38,683 nucleotides of DNA from a virus (Duplodnaviria > Caudoviricetes), in the IMG/VR virus record IMGVR_UViG_3300037721_000080, positions 1 through 38,683 of that record. One strand, written 5' to 3'. A program made the position numbers and the translations under genes. The notes under the pieces are model-generated. The model was not told the origin of the DNA. It ran no database searches and was given only the letters and a program-made list of their open reading frames with translations. Positions 34,570 through 38,683 of the stretch are shown here, in pieces; the first letter of the stretch is position 1; each line of letters opens with the position of its first letter.

Positions 34570-35452
34570 TTCAAGGCTCAGAGCCTTCCGCCGATGCCCC
34601 CGTTTCCATCAGCACGCCTACGTCGACCTAGTCCGCCCGATCGAGAAGTCCTACGCGCTCCGATTCGGCACGCTCGTTCACCTAGCTCTCGAGGCTTGGT
34701 GGTCCACCAGCGATAACCGACTCATCGCAGCTATGGCTGCTATCTCGCGTGGCTGTGATGAGGAATTCGACGAATTCGATCGCGTCAAGGCCGAGGAGCT
34801 CATGCGTGGCTACCACGCCCGCTGGTGTGACGACGTCTACGAGACCATCTCCGTAGAGCAAGAGTTCTCTATCCCCATCGAGGGAGGCCACACACTCGGC
34901 GGTAAGTTCGACGCCCTGGCCCGTAAGAACGGTAAGACCTACATCGTTGAACATAAGACAACGAGTTCTAGCCTGGAGCCTGGGGGCGACTACTTCCAGA
35001 GCGTGTGTACGATGGATAGCCAGGTCTCCACGTACTACCGCGCAGCAAAGGCTTTGGGGCATGATGTCAGTGGGTGTGTTTACGATTGCATTCTGCGTAT
35101 TGCTCTCCGGCCTTATAAAGCAGGTAAGACGCGCAAGGAAGACGAGACCCCCGAAGAGTTCCGTCTTCGTATCCGTGCAGCCATCGCAGACGAGCCAGAG
35201 AAGTACTTCGCCAGATTTGCCATCGTCCGCACCGAGCGGGACGAGACCGAAGCTGCGTCTGATTTACGGCGGACGATCCGACACCTCGAAATCGCGGTAG
35301 AGGAGGGGAGCTATCGGAATACCGAGAGCTGTAAGGACTTTGGACGTACGTGTGAGTATCACGGGGCGTGCTCTGGCACCGAGTCGCTGGATAACCCGCT
35401 CAAGTTCCGCAAGTCGGAAACGGCTAACGAAGAACTCGTGCAGAGTGCTTGA
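34556..35452 (+). CDS. PD-(D/E)XK exonuclease, Cas4/AddB-like with 4 Cys
   Basis: FRRCPR...FGTLVHLALE...EQEF...GKFD...VEHKT...QVSTY...C-x6-C-x5-C; GGAGGAG RBS before ATG 34556. Confidence 0.85.
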   Translation: MLITNSRLRAFRRCPRFHQHAYVDLVRPIEKSYALRFGTLVHLALEAWWSTSDNRLIAAMAAISRGCDEEFDEFDRVKAEELMRGYHARWCDDVYETISVEQEFSIPIEGGHTLGGKFDALARKNGKTYIVEHKTTSSSLEPGGDYFQSVCTMDSQVSTYYRAAKALGHDVSGCVYDCILRIALRPYKAGKTRKEDETPEEFRLRIRAAIADEPEKYFARFAIVRTERDETEAASDLRRTIRHLEIAVEEGSYRNTESCKDFGRTCEYHGACSGTESLDNPLKFRKSETANEELVQSA

Positions 35453-35477
35453 CTAGCATAGGTAACGTACGTAAGAT
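35449..35477 (+). promoter_or_regulatory. Sigma70 promoter with GTAC-centred site
   Basis: TTGACT-N17-TAAGAT; TAACGTACGTAA overlaps the spacer and -10 box. Confidence 0.7.
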
Positions 35478-35496
35478 ACGCGTAAGGAGTTGAGAA

Positions 35497-36414
35497 ATGA
35501 TCAAACGTAAAATCACCAAGCGCCCACCGCGCATCGTCGTACACGGTGTGGCATCTGTAGGCAAAACGACCCTCGCCGCACACTCACCGTCTCCGGTCTT
35601 TATTTGCTGTGAAGACGGAGCACGGGAAGTAGACGCGGCCGTCTACACGTTCGACGATAAGGACCGCGTGCAGCCTAAGACGCTGGACGAGTTCCGCGCC
35701 GCTGTGCGTGATATCACCAAGAGCCACGAGGGTTATAAGACGCTCGTAATCGACGGCGTCTCCGACCTTGACCGGCTCGTCTCGCAGCACCTTTGCGCGA
35801 AGAATCCGAAGTGGGGAGGGGACATCCAATTCCTCGGCTACGGCCGACCAGAGGCCCTGATTCTAGGTGTCTGGCGTGAGATGGTCGCGGAGTTCGAAGA
35901 AGCGAATAACGCGGGCCTAGGCATCATTCTTCTTGGCCACTCGCGGGTGGAGAACTTCGCTCCCCCGGATGCTCCGAACTTCTCCCGCTACCAGCTAGCC
36001 GTCACCAGCCACAAGCTGGGAGACGTCGCCGGCCTGCTATTCGGCTGGAGTGACGTATTCGGCTTCGCTCGGTTTATGCAAATGACGACTGAAGCTGGCA
36101 AGCGAACGATCGGCACCGGTATCCAAGGTGCCCGCGTTCTTCAGCTCCAGCGCTTGGACTCGAGTGACGCAAAGTGCCGCTACAAGAACGCACCGGCTCA
36201 GATTCCCATGTCCTGGGCTGAGCTTGAACGCGTGATGACCGCCGGGGACGTGAATGCGGAGGACCTCCGCAGTCAGATCGAAGCTTTGATTCCGAGTCTG
36301 CCGGCTGATAAGCGCGCCGCTACCACAGCGTGGCTTACGGACAGTCTTACAGTTGACGACCTTGTCATCGGTCTTGACAAGGTGAAATCGGTAATTACGT
36401 TACAGGCTCAATAG
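35497..36414 (+). CDS. AAA_24 / Sak4-like ATPase (single-strand annealing recombinase)
   Basis: HGVASVGKTT, EDG, YKTLVIDG, IILLGHS, WSDVFGF, AKCR. Confidence 0.85.
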   Translation: MIKRKITKRPPRIVVHGVASVGKTTLAAHSPSPVFICCEDGAREVDAAVYTFDDKDRVQPKTLDEFRAAVRDITKSHEGYKTLVIDGVSDLDRLVSQHLCAKNPKWGGDIQFLGYGRPEALILGVWREMVAEFEEANNAGLGIILLGHSRVENFAPPDAPNFSRYQLAVTSHKLGDVAGLLFGWSDVFGFARFMQMTTEAGKRTIGTGIQGARVLQLQRLDSSDAKCRYKNAPAQIPMSWAELERVMTAGDVNAEDLRSQIEALIPSLPADKRAATTAWLTDSLTVDDLVIGLDKVKSVITLQAQ

Positions 36415-36425
36415 GAGAGTACTCT

Positions 36426-36911
36426 ATGTCTGATCTCATCCCCCAAGGCAATTATAGTTTCAAGGGTTTCGGCATGCCGGAGCTCGGCAGTTCGCCAGAG
36501 AAGAACACCCCGTTCGTTCACGTCGCCGTTCAAATCGTCGGCGGCGCGTACGATGGTCGCGTCGTGAGTCGTGACCTCTTCTTCACGGAGAAGACCACTC
36601 AGCGAACGATGGAGGGCCTCAAAGCTCTCGGGTGTACGTTCCCCGGCAATAACATCGACGACTTCACCGGCTACGGGTCGACTACGACCACCGGCACGGT
36701 GGAACACGAGACCTACACGCCGAAGGATGGCGGAGAGCCGAAGACGGTTGCGAAGATTGGCTTTATCAATAGCAACTTCGGCGTCAATGCTGCTGCGCGC
36801 ATGGATGAGGCCCAGAAGGCTGCATTCCGTGCGAAGATGATGGGCACCGTCGCTGCTAGCGGCGGGGTCAAGAATGGTGTAGTGGCTGCTACGAGCAAGG
36901 CACCGTTCTAA
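36426..36911 (+). CDS. Single-stranded DNA-binding protein (DUF669-like)
   Basis: LIPQGNY...G.YDGR...VEHETY..., C-terminal PF tail; follows the Sak4-like gene; AGGAG RBS. Confidence 0.7.
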   Translation: MSDLIPQGNYSFKGFGMPELGSSPEKNTPFVHVAVQIVGGAYDGRVVSRDLFFTEKTTQRTMEGLKALGCTFPGNNIDDFTGYGSTTTTGTVEHETYTPKDGGEPKTVAKIGFINSNFGVNAAARMDEAQKAAFRAKMMGTVAASGGVKNGVVAATSKAPF

Positions 36912-36974
36912 GTTACTGGCTGGTCATCTGATCAAACTTCAATGTGATCAGTCACTGTCCTTCCAGACGTCGTG

Positions 36975-36999
36975 CCCCCGGACGTTAAACGGGGGTTTT
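36975..36999 (+). terminator. Intrinsic terminator
   Basis: CCCCCG/CGGGGG stem followed by TTTT. Confidence 0.65.
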
Positions 37000-37089
37000 C
37001 CAAGCAGAGTGTATGGGCGCGACACGGGTAACCGGTTAGTAAAACCCCGCCGATTAAGTTCGGCTTCTACCTACGCTCTGCTTGGAGGA
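36996..37089 (+). ncRNA. Candidate structured cis-regulatory RNA that sequesters the downstream RBS
   Basis: TTTTCCAAGCAGAGTGTA pairs with TACGCTCTGCTTGGAGGA (G-U pairs on +) and encloses GGGT/ACCC and GCCGA-TTAAGT-TCGGC hairpins. Confidence 0.5.
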
Positions 37090-37093
37090 TAGA

Positions 37094-37267
37094 ATGGATA
37101 CCACTACCACGATGCAGCTTTCCCTAGACGGCGTCCGAGTCGGTCGCAACATCGGCTTTAAGCTTGCTCGTAAGCAAGCCGCTCAAATCGTCCTCGATGA
37201 GATTAAGGACACTGCGCTGGCGCTGAAGGTGTTCAAGCTGATTATGGGGATGGTGGACGGCGTATGA
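37094..37267 (+). CDS. Hypothetical protein
   Basis: 57 aa from ATG 37094, GGAGGA RBS. Confidence 0.55.
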   Translation: MDTTTTMQLSLDGVRVGRNIGFKLARKQAAQIVLDEIKDTALALKVFKLIMGMVDGV

Positions 37268-37470
37268 CCTACGCAGAGCTTGCAGAGGCGGCTCGCGTAC
37301 GGTTCGAGGCGCTGACTCCAGAGGAGCAGCGCGCTCACCGTGCCGACCAAGCTGTATCATACGCTTTCCACTGCGCTAAGTCGTTTCGGCTGGCGGGTGG
37401 GACGTATGAGGAGTTCGTAGAGAAGTATGGGGAGGAGCTTAAAGCTCAGTGGCTAGCTAACCACTCCTAA
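37264..37470 (+). CDS. Hypothetical protein
   Basis: 68 aa, ATGA overlap. Confidence 0.55.
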   Translation: MTYAELAEAARVRFEALTPEEQRAHRADQAVSYAFHCAKSFRLAGGTYEEFVEKYGEELKAQWLANHS

Positions 37471-37489
37471 AACTCCCCTTCAAAAACTT

Positions 37490-37526
37490 AACCCCCGGAG
37501 AGCCGCGTTCTTGGCTTCCGGGGGTT
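37490..37526. terminator. Probable bidirectional terminator between convergent operons
   Basis: AACCCCCGGA-g-AGCC / GGCT-TCCGGGGGTT stem with A/T-rich flanks. Confidence 0.7.
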
Positions 37527-37553
37527 GTTCATTTTGAATCTATAATTGTGCCT

Positions 37554-38120
37554 TTAAAAGGCTGGTTTACTTACCAGATCAATCCGTTTTAATAGCTCCT
37601 GGAATTCTTGCGATGAAAAATCGTTTTTCGCATAGTTGACCCAGAGACAGCTAATAACGACATTGGCTTTCGTGTAGCCTAGTTTCGAGTCGACTCTGTC
37701 AAGTGACGGACCCAGTGGATTCTTGGGCTTTCTCACGGTATCGATTAGAGTGCCGGTGTAATAGCATCTGCCAGCCTGCGAGGACATTAATTCCGTCAAG
37801 AATGCAATATCGAGGTCGCAGGGTAGACCGGTTTCACGACTACGCTTTTTGGCTCGATTTAGAAGTCGCCGCCGCCAATCTGTGTAGTCTCTACGAGTCT
37901 TCTTTTCATGCGACCGCGAGTGCGTTCTGTTGTATTTCCTGTGGATTTCGAGAGATTTATCGTGGTTGTTAGCGCGCCATTTCTTCGAATTTTCGCAAGT
38001 ACATATCTTACAATAGTACCCTAAACCGTCGAGGCTTTTGGCTTTGTACCAAAATTCCAGTGTCGATAACTTCGCTTGTTTGCAAAGTTTGCACTGTTTA
38101 TGTGTAGCTACGTCTAACAC
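37554..38120 (-). CDS. HNH-type homing endonuclease (paralogue of 32700-33398)
   Basis: GRCYYTG...PSLDRVDSKLGYTKANVVISCLWVNYAK; N-terminal CKLC...CKIC; visibly AT-richer than the flanks. Confidence 0.8.
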   Translation of the reverse strand: MLDVATHKQCKLCKQAKLSTLEFWYKAKSLDGLGYYCKICTCENSKKWRANNHDKSLEIHRKYNRTHSRSHEKKTRRDYTDWRRRLLNRAKKRSRETGLPCDLDIAFLTELMSSQAGRCYYTGTLIDTVRKPKNPLGPSLDRVDSKLGYTKANVVISCLWVNYAKNDFSSQEFQELLKRIDLVSKPAF

Positions 38121-38150
38121 TCTTCTGATAAATTTATCGAGATTCCGATA

Positions 38151-38339
38151 TTACCACCTCGCGTTGTAGAACGCGGGGTGGGTGGCGGATTCGAAACCGC
38201 CTACGCAGTCAACGCAGGTCCTAACGTCCCCCCTTGGATCGGGGGTCCCATCCGGGAATTGTCGGCGTTTGATCATCCGAGTTCCCCCACACGTCTTGCA
38301 CAAAGACCACTTCGGCTTCTCTTGCTTCGTCATCGGCAT
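38151..38339 (-). CDS. Small Zn-finger protein
   Basis: CKTCGG...CVDCVG; overlaps the lysin 3' end in another frame. Confidence 0.45.
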   Translation of the reverse strand: MPMTKQEKPKWSLCKTCGGTRMIKRRQFPDGTPDPRGDVRTCVDCVGGFESATHPAFYNARW

Positions 38340-38682
38340 CCCTCGCCACCTGTGTTAGGTCAATCAACTGCGGCTTCACCGTGCCGCGGAGAATCGTGTA
38401 GTTCAGCGCCGCAACCTCGTACGTGATGTGGTTACCGGTACAGTGCATACCCCACGGATTCTTGTCCGACGGACGCACCGAGCCAGCATTGAAGGCAGCC
38501 GACACCTTGGGAAAGTTGTTCCCGTATCGCTTCGTTAGGTCCAGGATGTACCGCGATGCAATTGTCGTATTGAGCTGAGGGTCTTTCAGCTGTTCGTCAG
38601 TGTGACCACCAGACCAGTAGGTGGAGCCGTCGGGGCGCTTCGTTTGCTTGCGCCCCTTAAGGCTCGGGTGGGTAATCTGAAA
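38221..38682 (-). CDS. Lytic transglycosylase (SLT-domain) endolysin, 5'-truncated by the window edge
   Basis: The frame is open to the window end: FQIT...LKDPQLNTTIASRYILDLTKRYG...VSAAFNAG, corresponding to SLT motifs II/III (GLMQ, DP..N, AYNAG). Confidence 0.8.
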   Translation of the reverse strand, partial: FQITHPSLKGRKQTKRPDGSTYWSGGHTDEQLKDPQLNTTIASRYILDLTKRYGNNFPKVSAAFNAGSVRPSDKNPWGMHCTGNHITYEVAALNYTILRGTVKPQLIDLTQVARDADDEAREAEVVFVQDVWGNSDDQTPTIPGWDPRSKGGR

Positions 38683-38683
38683 C

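Noticed and set aside
34556-35452. CRISPR-Cas system (Cas4-like gene)
   Set aside because: No repeat-spacer array or other cas genes seen; the context is phage recombination.

Overview
A 38.7-kb segment of a temperate tailed dsDNA phage (Caudoviricetes) with P22-like head-gene order. It appears to be in the excised (attP-intact) form. Left end, minus strand: late operon with lipoprotein metallopeptidase, GroES, small ORFs, terminase large subunit, a Q/G/P/W-rich prion-like protein, portal, scaffold, major capsid and decoration-like genes. About 10.6-22 kb: an accessory/early region of many small ORFs driven by a repeated TTTACT-N17-TANNNN promoter, mostly apparently leaderless, with a GTAC-centred operator-like motif. 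It also holds a C39 peptidase, a second lipoprotein metallopeptidase and a candidate structured ncRNA. About 22-33.7 kb, minus strand: replication/integration operon (DUF3310, HNH, family B DNA polymerase split in two ORFs, MazG-like, Xis, tyrosine integrase, attP carrying the 3' half of tRNA-Lys(UUU), DnaA-C-like HTH, EndoVII-type nuclease, SF2 helicase, VRR-NUC, Prim-Pol/VapE primase-helicase). About 33.7-37.5 kb, plus strand: Cas4-like nuclease, Sak4-like ATPase and SSB, followed by a second structured RNA element. Right end: HNH and the C-terminal part of a lytic-transglycosylase endolysin. All calls come from motif reading by eye; no database search was run.
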